From Raillietiella orientalis (taxonomy: Eukaryota), in NCBI GenBank assembly GCA_036172245.1, contig JAYWIR010000038.1, forward strand, positions 930,001 through 994,000: 64,000 bases of DNA, in the 5' to 3' direction. Shown here piece after piece: positions 53,873 through 64,000 of the stretch (positions within the stretch are counted from its first letter, which is position 1; each line of letters starts with the position of its first letter). Under the pieces are notes generated by a model, which had not been told where the DNA came from, did not search any database, and saw only the letters and a list, made by a program, of their open reading frames with translations. Both the position numbers and the translations under genes were made by a program.

Positions 53873-54124
53873 AGTTACATCACCGCAGTGACCACCAATT
53901 TGGCAGCCTGCACCAAGAGCACAGGGACACGGCATGACTTTATTATCAGAGATATCTCCCACCAGCATCCGTAAGAACTAGTTGATGTCCAGCCCGTAAC
54001 GACTGAATAATTGGTGAATGGTGAATAATTGCACCCCGTTCACCACCAACGGCAACTGGCGGATAGGCCAAACCAAACACACTCCCACTCGATTTGGGCT
54101 GCAAGTAGAGCTTCACCAGGAGCA
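53873..54124 (-). pseudogene. Degenerate partial duplicate of XPNPEP3 (copy of ~57201-57464, including one intron)
   Basis: Aligns by eye to 57201-57464 in the same orientation, with about 26 substitutions, a 3-nt insertion, a ~14-nt deletion and one scrambled patch. It retains the 55-nt intron. Conserved residues are altered (LMDAG to LTDAG, GGYCSD to GGHCGD). Confidence 0.92.
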
Positions 54125-56647
54125 ATGACATCAGACCTGGATTTGCGCACGAGTCAGTTGGTGATCAAATGTCTGAAGACAAGACCAAGTTGTACAGGAA
54201 GAGCTTTCCCAGCAAGCGTAACAGTGTTTTTGCTGCACACGGAGAATAATGGATTTCAAGCACGACGAACGGCAAAAAAGCTTGAACACGAAATCGAAAG
54301 CACTCTTATACAAGTCGACTCAACACACATGCAACGTACCTCTGACCGACACATTCAAGTAGAGAGAAAGGTGGGCAGCCTACCTACGTAGGTGTACAGA
54401 AACAATTCCATAACCAGCAGCAAATTAGCAAATCTATAGCACGGTAAAGGATGGTAGAAGGGGGAAGTTGAGAGTTTAAAGAGCACATTTTGATGTGAAG
54501 CAGATGACTGTACATACGTTGTATGAATTGCTTGCAATCTCAAAAGGTTCATCCCAGTGTAGTCCATTTTATTCGTTTCACCTTTTATCTCGAATCCAGA
54601 TTTGGTAACCCTACTGCTTCAAGATTCCAATAGCTGTTTCTTCCGAATTTTCACCATCGTTTTTTTTTTTTTTTATTTCCTGACTAACATGCACACCAAA
54701 TGAAAGCAGCAGAAAAGAGTACTCAACGGTTTTATTACCTACGGTTACCGTGTTCACCCAATACCCGAATTCGTTTTTTTTTTTTTTACTGTCTCCAAGA
54801 GGAGCTGGAAAAAAACAACTTTCGTGCAGAAGGACGTTCTTAAAACGAAAAATTGTTTTCACTTACCCAATTTGAATACCTGAAGCACCAGATTTCCTTC
54901 TCGTTCCACCTGCCTCATCGATTGGCGTTTCTATACTTTGAAATTCGAGGTCTTGCAGGGAGGGGACGCCGCGAACAAAGCTTATAGTAAACATTCTTGG
55001 AGTTAGCTTTTAGCCGATATCCAGAAATCCTGCATCCTGCGTCACAGTGTACCGTACGCTTGTACAGAGCATGTCGGAATTTTTTGCTGCACGTTCACGC
55101 AATAGACCTCCACTGAATACGGAAAGCTGGAAGTGCGGGTGTGCTCTGCAGCTTCGTACAGGCCACGTTGCAGATTTCCTGAAACCGAGTTTCAACAGTT
55201 TTTCCTTCCATCTGTTAAAGACACGTGAAGATCCTCAGCATCCGACGTTCCCCTGGTGCAAGGTCGCGTGTTCTTGTGGGTGTACAGTGCATCTCGAGCA
55301 GCGACCCCATTCTGCCTTGGATCCCAGGCCCACTCGATGTTTCCCGAAGAAAGTTGGCCATCTGCATGTTTTGTTGGTAGAATGGGGACCAAATTGAAAC
55401 CTGGTCACGTGCAGGTATCTTTCCTTCGCAGAAGCCTATTTTTCCAGCCCTCAAGTCCTGACGAGCGACTCGAATCCCCTGTCCAGTAGCATTCTTTTTT
55501 TTTTTTTTTTAAAAAAAAGGAACGAACCGACTTTGAAGAGAGAGATAAGTATATACACACAAATACGTACAGAAACGTATGCCATGACTACAATTAGATG
55601 GATTGGTGACAACTGACCAAAATCAGCAATAGGTCGAATGTGGTTCGTTGACACAGACGTAATATTTAGAAAAAAAAAAAAAAAAACTTTATTTTTGCAT
55701 TTTCAGGGTTTTTTGGCTTGTTATGCCAGGAATCTTAGTTGACTTTTATCGAGCACAGGAATTCTAAAAGCTTGTCCTTACGCCTCTTTGTTTCCTTCAA
55801 AACATTAGAAAAGAGTTTCGTGATATTGATGTGTCGTTGACCACCGTTAATTTGCGGAGGCTCAAGTTCTAAAACTCAATGGGTGCTGCTGTTATTAACA
55901 TGCATCCTAAGAGAATGAGAAGGTTTGCAGTGCTTCGATGGTAACGGAAAACAAAACGCCATCTCCCATACAGTTGTGCAGAATAAAGGAACCTTAGTTA
56001 TAAACCTAAGTCTGCATGGAAAAAAGACTGGTTTTTATAATCCATCTTTACCTGTCCCTGTATGCCTTCCAAACATTTATCCTATTACGTAGACACTGCC
56101 TTAATTATTGGCATTCTGAACATAAGTCGCATATAATACATTTTGATGATATCGTGCCATCTGATTATGAAATGCAAGGATGCACTCATTGAATGCTGAA
56201 ATCCTTTAAGGCTGTAACATTATACCTTTAATACTTAAAAAATTCGATGTGCGCCTTATTTTTAAATTGTAGTGTGAAATGGCATTCTGCTACTTTCTTA
56301 ACAGCTTGTAAACCATACTCCATACATTTCAGTGAACCATACACTGCAAGTTTTAACATGGTTTGCACAAGTATTTGTTTTTGCAAAACTAGTGCCTGGT
56401 GGAATGTAATGCAATCTTGAACATACTCAGTGTGGGGTCATGTCAGATGGCAAATGTCAATAAAATGAACTGTTCTGATGAAAAATGCAGGTAACAAAAA
56501 GAACTGTCTGGATAACTGGACATTAGTGATAAGATTCTGGCAACCAAAAACCAGTCAGTGAAGCAGAACACCAATTAAGAATGTATCAAAAGAATACATT
56601 CATGTGAAAAGTATACCACAGAGTTATTTAATAGATAAATGGATAAC

Positions 56648-58537
56648 TTATTCTTTAATAGATACCTTATTTTCAAAATTAGTTGTTAGCTGTTCTACAG
56701 TTTTGGGGCAAGACTCAGTGAGCACCTCGGCCCCATTATTGGTGATAAGCACATCATCTTCTATTCTAATACCTATACCACGAAATTCCGGAGGAACTCT
56801 GACATCATTCTGTTGAATGTAGACACCTGGTTCTACAGTGATAACCATTCCAGCAGAAAGAGGAATGTTGTGTGAGATGGTACTTGTATCATGGACATCC
56901 ATACCCAAGTAATGACCAACATGATGAGGGCAGAATGAATATGCCGCCTACAAGTAAACTTGAACATCCACTGAGTTACATACACTTCACCTGTGCTAGC
57001 TGCATCTCTGATAAATCTTGAGGTAACAAATGAAGTTTTTGTAGAGCTTGTCCCAACATTTGGCACATGACATCAAACAAATGGTTAAGAGAAGGTCTGG
57101 TAACTCTGCATAGATGCAACAAATCACACTGCACCTCTAGCAAGGCTTCATAAAGTTCTAACTGTGGAGGTTTGAAAGTTCCATCTACTGGCCAAGTACG
57201 AGTTACATCACTGCAATAACCACCAATTTGGCAGCCTGAATCAGGAGCACAGGAACATGGTGTGACTTTATCATCAGAGATATCTCCTACCAGCATCCAT
57301 AAGAACTAGTTGACCAGCCTGTAGTGACTGATTGTTTTGCATGTAGTGAATAATTGTACCCCGTTCACCACCAGCAACAACTGGTGGATAGGCTAAACCA
57401 AAACACCCATGCAAACGACACTCCCACTCAATTTGGGCTGCAAGTAAAGCTTCACTAGAAGCAACAGTGCTCATAGTAGTCTGCATAGCATCTGAAGTAA
57501 TCTGACAAGCCTTACGAAGAACCTGCACTTCACTAGCAGACTTATGCAATCTCAACTGGTGAAAGATAGGTTGTGGATCATGAATCTCCTTTGCATGCCA
57601 TACTGACATAAGCTCATTTTTGATAAAGGGAGGAAAGGATTTCAAGTTGCACCACAGTGACAATGATGAATCAACTGCTATTGCACTACTTAAGAAACCT
57701 TGTAGTTCTGCTAGTGGTAAAGCCTCATCCACTCCCAATAATTCACAAGCTCCCTCAATTCCACAAAATGGACCTTCCCACAGTTCCTTTTTGGGGTCTT
57801 TGGGTCTCAAAAATAAAGTGAATACAGGAAGACATTCTCCAACGCACTGTAACAGGAGAACACTGTTGGGTTCCTGGAAACCAGTAAAATAAAGAAAATC
57901 TGTTTGTTGTCGAAAGGGATAAGGCACATCCTCTGCTTGGTAGACTACAGTAGCTGATGGTAGCAACAATATATGATTGTTAGAATGTGGATGTGCATTC
58001 TTTAGATATGTCCCTAATTCATTTCTCCTTGCTTTGTACTCATTTTTTGTAATGCCATATGTCACCTGCAAGGGATCATGTTTTCTTTATGCATGGTGCT
58101 CACTTCTCCTGGCTGAAGTAAATGAGGATGAGATGCTGCAGTTGGTTGTCCATATGTATGAAAGGCTTTGCAATTGTGCTTTACTTCTTTGGTGATGTGC
58201 TGTGCTATTCTTTCAACTTTTGAAAAACATATACATTGCATATGAAACAAATGACATACCTCCAAACCAGTTAGCTAACAACCACTTTGCTTTGGTTGCA
58301 AGAGTTGGTGACAAAGTGTCTTTCAAACCATTTAAGCGTACACGCATAATAGTTTCTTCAATTATCAATTTCCAAATACGTGAACAGTGGATGCTAAATG
58401 AGCATGCATACTAAGAAAACTAAGGCAAATCAAATATTATTTTGTGTTGACAACAAAGAATTACAAAATCCCATAATTATATATACATAGTAAACACATA
58501 ATTATCCTGACGCAGGACTTACCAACATAGCCCACAT
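56648..58537 (-). CDS. XPNPEP3: Xaa-Pro aminopeptidase 3 (M24B peptidase, ICP55-like)
   Basis: Exons 58537-58523 (tentative), 58410-58260, 58216-58104, 58065-57291, 57235-56991 and 56947-56648, all phase-consistent. Motifs: GQPTAASHPHLLQPGEVTYGI, YPFRQQTDFLYFTGFQEP, LWEGP, LAYPPVVAGG, LMDAG/CQIGGYCSDVTRTWP, CPHHVGHYLGMDVHD, ITVEPGVYI and GIGIRIEDD, so the metal ligands D,D,H,E,E are present. An alternative start at ATG 58347 gives 506 aa. Confidence 0.93.
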
Positions 58538-61500
58538 TACCAACAAATGAAAAAACTCATGAATTCCCATCGTATGTTCCGTTGATCTTTTTTTTTTCTT
58601 TTCCAATTCTTTCACCTGCGTCTGTCTCACGAATGAAATTATCAGGCACACATAACATGGAAAAAAAACATCTAATAAGCATATTTCTTCAATTGGAGTG
58701 TGAATGTTTTAAGGTTTCCGATTGAGTTTACTCGGAACAGAAACCGTACACCTGCACGTGCAATATGCAAGTGCGAGAGTTTTGTACTTCGCATATGCCA
58801 GTGGCATTTTAATAACTCCATAATTTCAATGAAATAGCCTACCACAAACGATTGCATTCGTAAAAATTCCCAAGTATAAGATTAAAAAAAAAAAAAAAAA
58901 AACATACAAAGGATTACTTATCAATGCTTAGCGTACGCACGTTCCGTTCATGCATCCTACCATATTGCACATCGTACTTCGTGGTACAAAAGCTTACGAT
59001 GATCGAAGTCATCATAAAAAAGTTATATCTTTGAAATGGCCGGTGGGAAGAAGAAGCTAAAGATTTTGTAAATAATCATTCGTATGATTCGTTTCATCCG
59101 TACTAACAGCTGGGAATTCATGCCATCTCTCGTCGTCCGTACTTTGTGTACCATACTTTGTACTCAGATGACGGAAAAACTGGAGCTGGAAATGCCATGA
59201 TCTGAGAATGGAAAAATATAATATCAATTCTGGCTCTGTGCTTGTTTCTTTTTCAACGTCGGATGGAAGCACTTTTAAGCCAACACTGTTCTCGAGAAAT
59301 GTTGGATGCAAAGGACTGGAAAGATTCTTATGAAAAGTGATTTCTGCCCAGGGCTATGAACGTCACAGTGAAAAGTAACCCATCATGGCACAATTAGGTT
59401 ACACGATGTCACAATTGTCATTCATTTTCTGTCTCTGATGGCGTTCAATTTTGAGTCGTTTCTATCCTTAGAAATTTTTGGTTTAGATTTTACTCCCAAT
59501 CGTTTTCCTTTTTTGATCATGTTTTTTTTTTCTTTTTCTAAAAAAAGGGTTCCATCTATCTATTAAAAATGCTCTCACAACGTTCGAATGTGAATTAATT
59601 ATATTTACCATGAGTAGCTGAAAGAAATTCCTTGAACATACATAGAGTAGGAATTAGCTTCTGGATCATTATAAATCGATAATGCTTAGCACAATTAGTT
59701 GTGTTTCGTATATTTAGTGCAAAGTGAAATAATCATCACACAGGAACTGAAATAGTTACATCGATGTTCATAAAACGCTGTAGATGGCTGTGCAGTGCAA
59801 TTCAAAATGAACTTTATGATACGAAACATAAAAGAAACAACTTCATCGATGTAACATCCATCCACAAGCTAAATACCCCCATCTTGATGCAGAAAATGAT
59901 TTGAATACCATAATTTACTTGATGCGGAAGTGATGAGGTACTTTGGTATGATAATCAAAATAGATTAATGAGAGCAGACTCGGTGCAATTCAAACTGGAC
60001 ACTCAAACGAAGATCACTGGTTTGTGTTTTGCCCGACCTTCTTGGTCCAGACAGCTCTGAAAGTGCTCCCGAATGCGTGTATTCCGTGGCACGGATACTG
60101 GGAAGAAAACTGGATGCCTTTGTTGTTCCCATCTGCAACATTCCAGAAGGCTCCATGCTGTGGAAGATGTTTTTCTTCTTTTCTCTTTTCCTTTTTCCCC
60201 CTCCTTCCTTCCTCTTCCGTGCTTCCTGGGCGTTTTCTATCCGTCCCCCTTCACCATAGAGTTCTATGTGTATGTGCTTGATTGAAGCTTTGGCTGTGTT
60301 CCCTGCGCTCGAGCAGGCATTTCTGTCATACTGGATATTGGAAAAATTATTGCCATCGAGCCTGATAATGACAGGTGATTATTGCTGGCAGCACTAACAT
60401 CCATCCACAGCAACGAGTTAACGCATGATGTAGTTGTTTCTATCATATTGATATGTTGGGAAAACTATTGCCAGGCAGATCAATTTTCTTTTTGGTATTT
60501 CCAATTTCTCTGAATTATTACATTCGTATACTCAATACACACGATTTCCCTTTTATCTTCGTGTGTAATTAAGATCACTAGAACCCTTTGCAGCCAGCAA
60601 CAATTATCAAATTTCAATCTACGGCATTCTCTAAGTTTAGAGATCGGAAGCAGACGCTTCATATTTTACATACCAAGAAAAAAAAAAAAATGCAAATCTT
60701 ATTAGGATTCTTTCCAGCCAGCGATCAGGACGAATGTTTAAGTATTCTATTTCAAATGAAATACTTATAGGTCTTTGGATAGCTCAGAACGATATGTCGA
60801 TTACTGTCGATTCAGGGAGTAGCTGAGCTACCTGCGAGGCCAGTCGGCTCCATTCTTCTCAGCCAAAGAACAACACAGAAGGAAACTGCGCACGCAGAAT
60901 CAGTATCTGCACGGATCTGTGTGTGATGTGATCTGTGGCAAGTAACGTGGTTACTACCTGTGATGTGTGACAGATAGAAAGCACGTTTTCGATGAGCTTG
61001 CTGCTGCCGATATCACTACTATCACGCGTTGTCTTCTGATAAGCAATCACATTAGAGCTCGTTTGCCCTGCTTCACGCTTGGCATTTAGATAGTGTAACA
61101 CCAACTGCAAGAAACGGCGTTTTTTGTCCTGTCTTATACAGTCACTCCTTTCAGTAACACACCAGATGCATGATATAGGTCTTATGTACATCTAGGAAAA
61201 GAAAACCCCAACACTCAGTTGCCATGTAATGGAGTGGCAATTTTTTTACTGGAATATAATGAACATCTTCGTGGATTATATTGGCAGCGAATGTTACAAG
61301 GGTTTTTTTCTTTTTCCCCTGCACTGCACACAATCACTGATTATCTCTGTCTCATTCCAAGAAGGGTCATCTTCCGTGGACTTATGTGAAAAAAAAAAAA
61401 AAAACGAACACTTGAAATAAATGCGCATTTCAAGATCAAGGCAGCAGAAACAAGAAAACCACATGTGACACCTTGCCTTGATAATTCATTTCAGATGCAG

Positions 61501-61874
61501 GGCTTTTTCATATTTATTTCGGAACTCCACTGAAGAAAAAAAAGATGAATTTCGTGTCTCCATCGTTTTCATTCTTTATTACTCGCATAGCTTTGTTCTT
61601 GCGTTTGAACGGCATGGCCCTCTTTCTTCCAGCTGTGTGGATGATCTGGAAATTCCGTTTTCCCGAGATGCAGACGATCGCCCGCTCTACTGTTTCCCAA
61701 AGACTTCTCTTACAGAAACAGCTCACCTCACTTGTGTGGATTGCTTTGAACAGGAAAAGTGGATGTCGGCAGAGGTCTGTGACGTAACTGGCTTGTAGCT
61801 CTGAGCCTGGGATGACAGTGCACACAGTGCCTCTACAGAGAAGATTACATGAGTATTCTATCGACACCATTGTT

Positions 61875-62345
61875 GTCTCCGAAGGGGAGCCCCGAAGGGA
61901 ATCTCCTTCCTCATTCTCTCCGGAAGGACCCCTCCGTAATGGGGGGTGGTCCTTTCTATTTCAACTTCTCCGAAGGGAACCCGGAAAGGATCCGCTTCTA
62001 GGAATTTCCTCCCCGGAGGGAACCCGCAAGGGAACCGCTCCTGTTCACTCCTCTGAAGAGATCCCCGAAGGGACGCTTCCGAAACTCAGAAGGGGCGCTG
62101 CAGCTTTCCGCAAGGAATCGCTCTCGCTTGCTTCCTTGCACTCTTCTGGAGAGGCGACGACTCGGAGGGTCCCCCCGCAACAGGGGAGGTCCGCTCCTTT
62201 GGAGGGGACCTCTGGAGAGGTTCCTGTGAGGGCTCCTGCTCCATCTTGAAACCGGAGAGATCCCTCCGATGAGAGGGGTCCGCTCTCCGTTGCACGACCG
62301 GAGGGGGAACTCCCTAATCCTTGATTCCTGGAAGGACCCGAAGGT
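61875..62345 (+). repeat. Degenerate tandem array, ~40-45 nt period, of paired mini-hairpins
   Basis: Recurrent unit like CC(G)GA(A)GGGA-n-CCCG(C)AAGGGA-n-CCGCTCC, starting near 61876, 61966, 62008, 62048, 62085, 62158, 62199 and 62250. Confidence 0.5.
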
Positions 62346-63006
62346 CGACTCCCATTGTTTCGGCCTTCATCGGGGGGCTCCGGCTCAATCCACCGCCGGT
62401 GCCATGCCCGAATGATTAGGCCATTGCAGGAGAAACTCGGCCCCCGACGACGCAGTGGCGTCACAGTTTCTGCCGAAGTATTCGAACCCGTGACGCATGG
62501 TGCCACGCGCAGATGCCTTAACCACAAAGCCTCCGACGCAGGCATGAGGGAAATGGTACTCTCCATCTGGTCAATCTGCTTACTCCTTGGTTTCTCCTTT
62601 GGTTACTTCTGAAGCTTTCGGTTTTAATCACGGGAACCGGATGCGTCTCTCCAACTCTTGCCATCGATGCGGATGCTACCTTCCAGGACACCACTTGAAG
62701 AGGTGACAACTCTGTGGCTGAGGCCTTGTATTTCATAGGATGGCCCTCAGGATTGGTAGAAGCATCCTTCGGAGAAATTCTCTCTAAGAGGCAGCGCGTA
62801 GCAGTGTCCGTGTGAGGCTGCCCGGAAGATACAGGATCGGATGCACAGGAAGCTGGTATCAGCTTGGCTTAGCCGAGGTTCTCAAGATGCTAACTAATGC
62901 TGTCACTTTAGGGAGGCAGCTGGATGGACCGCCTTCGTCTGTGACGCGCTCAAGGGTGGAGTTCTTTTTCATTCTGCTTGCGAATGCAAGTGCAGTCCAT
63001 GGAGAG

Positions 63007-63039
63007 GCTGTGGAGCGCCTACTATAGGCGCTCCACAGC
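63007..63039. repeat. Perfect 15-bp inverted repeat, 3-nt loop
   Basis: GCTGTGGAGCGCCTA-CTA-TAGGCGCTCCACAGC. Confidence 0.93.
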
Positions 63040-63429
63040 TGCTGAGAGCCTGTTGTCTTTCTGCTCTCATGCCGACAAGGAAAGTACCTGCGGTCTTATT
63101 GGTACTTGCTTCGAACCTCCCTCGCATCCGCAGACCTATGCTAGCCTATTGTCGTCCGCTCTGCCTGATTGCTTTGAGGACCCCCCAGTGGGAGCCCGTC
63201 GAACAACAACGCTCGTCGGTAGGAAGCACTAGGCACGCAGGTGCGCTCCATCACAGTCCACTCCTCTTCCATCCTAGAGTCATCACCGCTTGGGGGAACG
63301 CGGAGTGACCGCGGACTACCGCTGGGGCGTGTCGCGTGACCGTCCAAGACACCATGCCATCTTTCCTGCGTCAGTGGAGGAATGAGAAAAGGAGGCCGGG
63401 TCCCCTACAGAGTGGGAGTCACGGAGGTA

Positions 63430-63490
63430 AAGAACTCGATGAGGGGACCGGGGTTTGTCGAGCATACCCCGGTCCCCTCATCGAGTTCTT
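63430..63490. repeat. Perfect 25-bp inverted repeat, 11-nt loop
   Basis: AAGAACTCGATGAGGGGACCGGGGT (63430-63454) and ACCCCGGTCCCCTCATCGAGTTCTT (63466-63490). Confidence 0.95.
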
Positions 63491-63525
63491 AGAAACTAGA
63501 GCTAGAGCTCAAAAGAAGGCGATAG

Positions 63526-63558
63526 GGTCTCTCACGCGGCGGGCTCGCGTGAGAGACC
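63526..63558. repeat. Perfect 13-bp inverted repeat, 7-nt loop
   Basis: GGTCTCTCACGCG-GCGGGCT-CGCGTGAGAGACC. Confidence 0.93.
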
Positions 63559-64000
63559 ACGCCCAAGGGCCTTGCCCGGGGACCACAAAAGTAAATTGAG
63601 TCTCTTGACATCTTCCGGGAAACCTCGGTATCCCGGCCTGGTAGATGCCTTGGGCTTACAGGTAGAAGCCTCCGTCCTTCGCCTGCCCTGCCATCGCACC
63701 ACCATCACCTTGCTGGTTGTGCAATGAGACCTTCCTTGCAACGAGAGACGGTGACACACCTCCAGGAGGATTCCAAAAGAAACCCACCCGCTTATGAATA
63801 GTGAGAACTCTTTAGCAAGCGCTTCCAAGATGCATTGGTATGCAGCAAGGATGGAAGCGCGCCTCAGAGACACTCCTGGAGACCCGTTCGGAAGTTGGCT
63901 CGTCTCTTCGGTCTCGCCGGCTGCTGACAGGGCCTCCCTCCTCTCCGAGAACTGTCTGCTCTAAGCAAGCGATGGTCACCACTAACACCGAAAAAGAATT

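Larger units (their letters stand above)
61800..64000. other. Unidentified hairpin-dense element (candidate mobile-element or virus-derived insert), probably continuing past the window end
   Basis: Abrupt switch from AT-rich DNA with poly-A/T runs to GC-richer DNA without long homopolymers. It contains many local inverted repeats and no recognisable protein. Confidence 0.45.

Noticed and set aside
55450..55490. Hammerhead-like CTGACGA...CGAA
   Set aside because: GAAA is not intact (GAAT), and stems I-III could not be built. Other CTGATGA sites I checked, and CCGATGA near 62266, also failed.
57236..57290. Apparent frameshifts between XPNPEP3 ORFs (and between Sfmbt ORFs)
   Set aside because: Fully explained by short GT-AG introns that restore conserved motifs, so neither pseudogenisation nor programmed frameshifting is needed.
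61875..62345. CRISPR-like interpretation of the hairpin array
   Set aside because: The repeats are too degenerate, there is no constant repeat-spacer alternation, no cas genes are present, and the context is eukaryotic.
62350..64000. Narnavirus-type or other RdRp/RT coding in the structured element
   Set aside because: I found no GDD/YxDD or motif A/B context by eye and the frames are broken. A profile search is still needed.

Overview
This is eukaryotic (metazoan, probably compact invertebrate) genomic DNA, not prokaryotic. Bases 1 to about 30,400 form a GC- and CpG-rich, low-complexity, gene-poor domain with microsatellites and homopolymer runs. I could not assign any protein there, apart from one candidate exon near 28.4-28.7 kb. 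The right half carries three spliced minus-strand genes: a Polycomb-group Sfmbt-type gene (FCS finger, 4 MBT repeats, SAM; 34782-31637), Rab30 (47216-46285) and Xaa-Pro aminopeptidase 3 (58537/58347-56648). It also carries an intact U6 snRNA gene (50049-49942) and an intron-containing degenerate duplicate of part of XPNPEP3 (53873-54124). Most introns are only 38-55 nt. The three gene bodies are strongly CpG-depleted while their flanks are not, which points to gene-body methylation. The least explained feature is the last ~2.2 kb (61.8-64 kb). It is a compositionally distinct, hairpin-dense segment with a degenerate ~40-45 nt array of twin mini-hairpins and three perfect stems of 13, 15 and 25 bp, and I cannot recognise any protein in it. 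All exon models, counts and alignments were made by eye.
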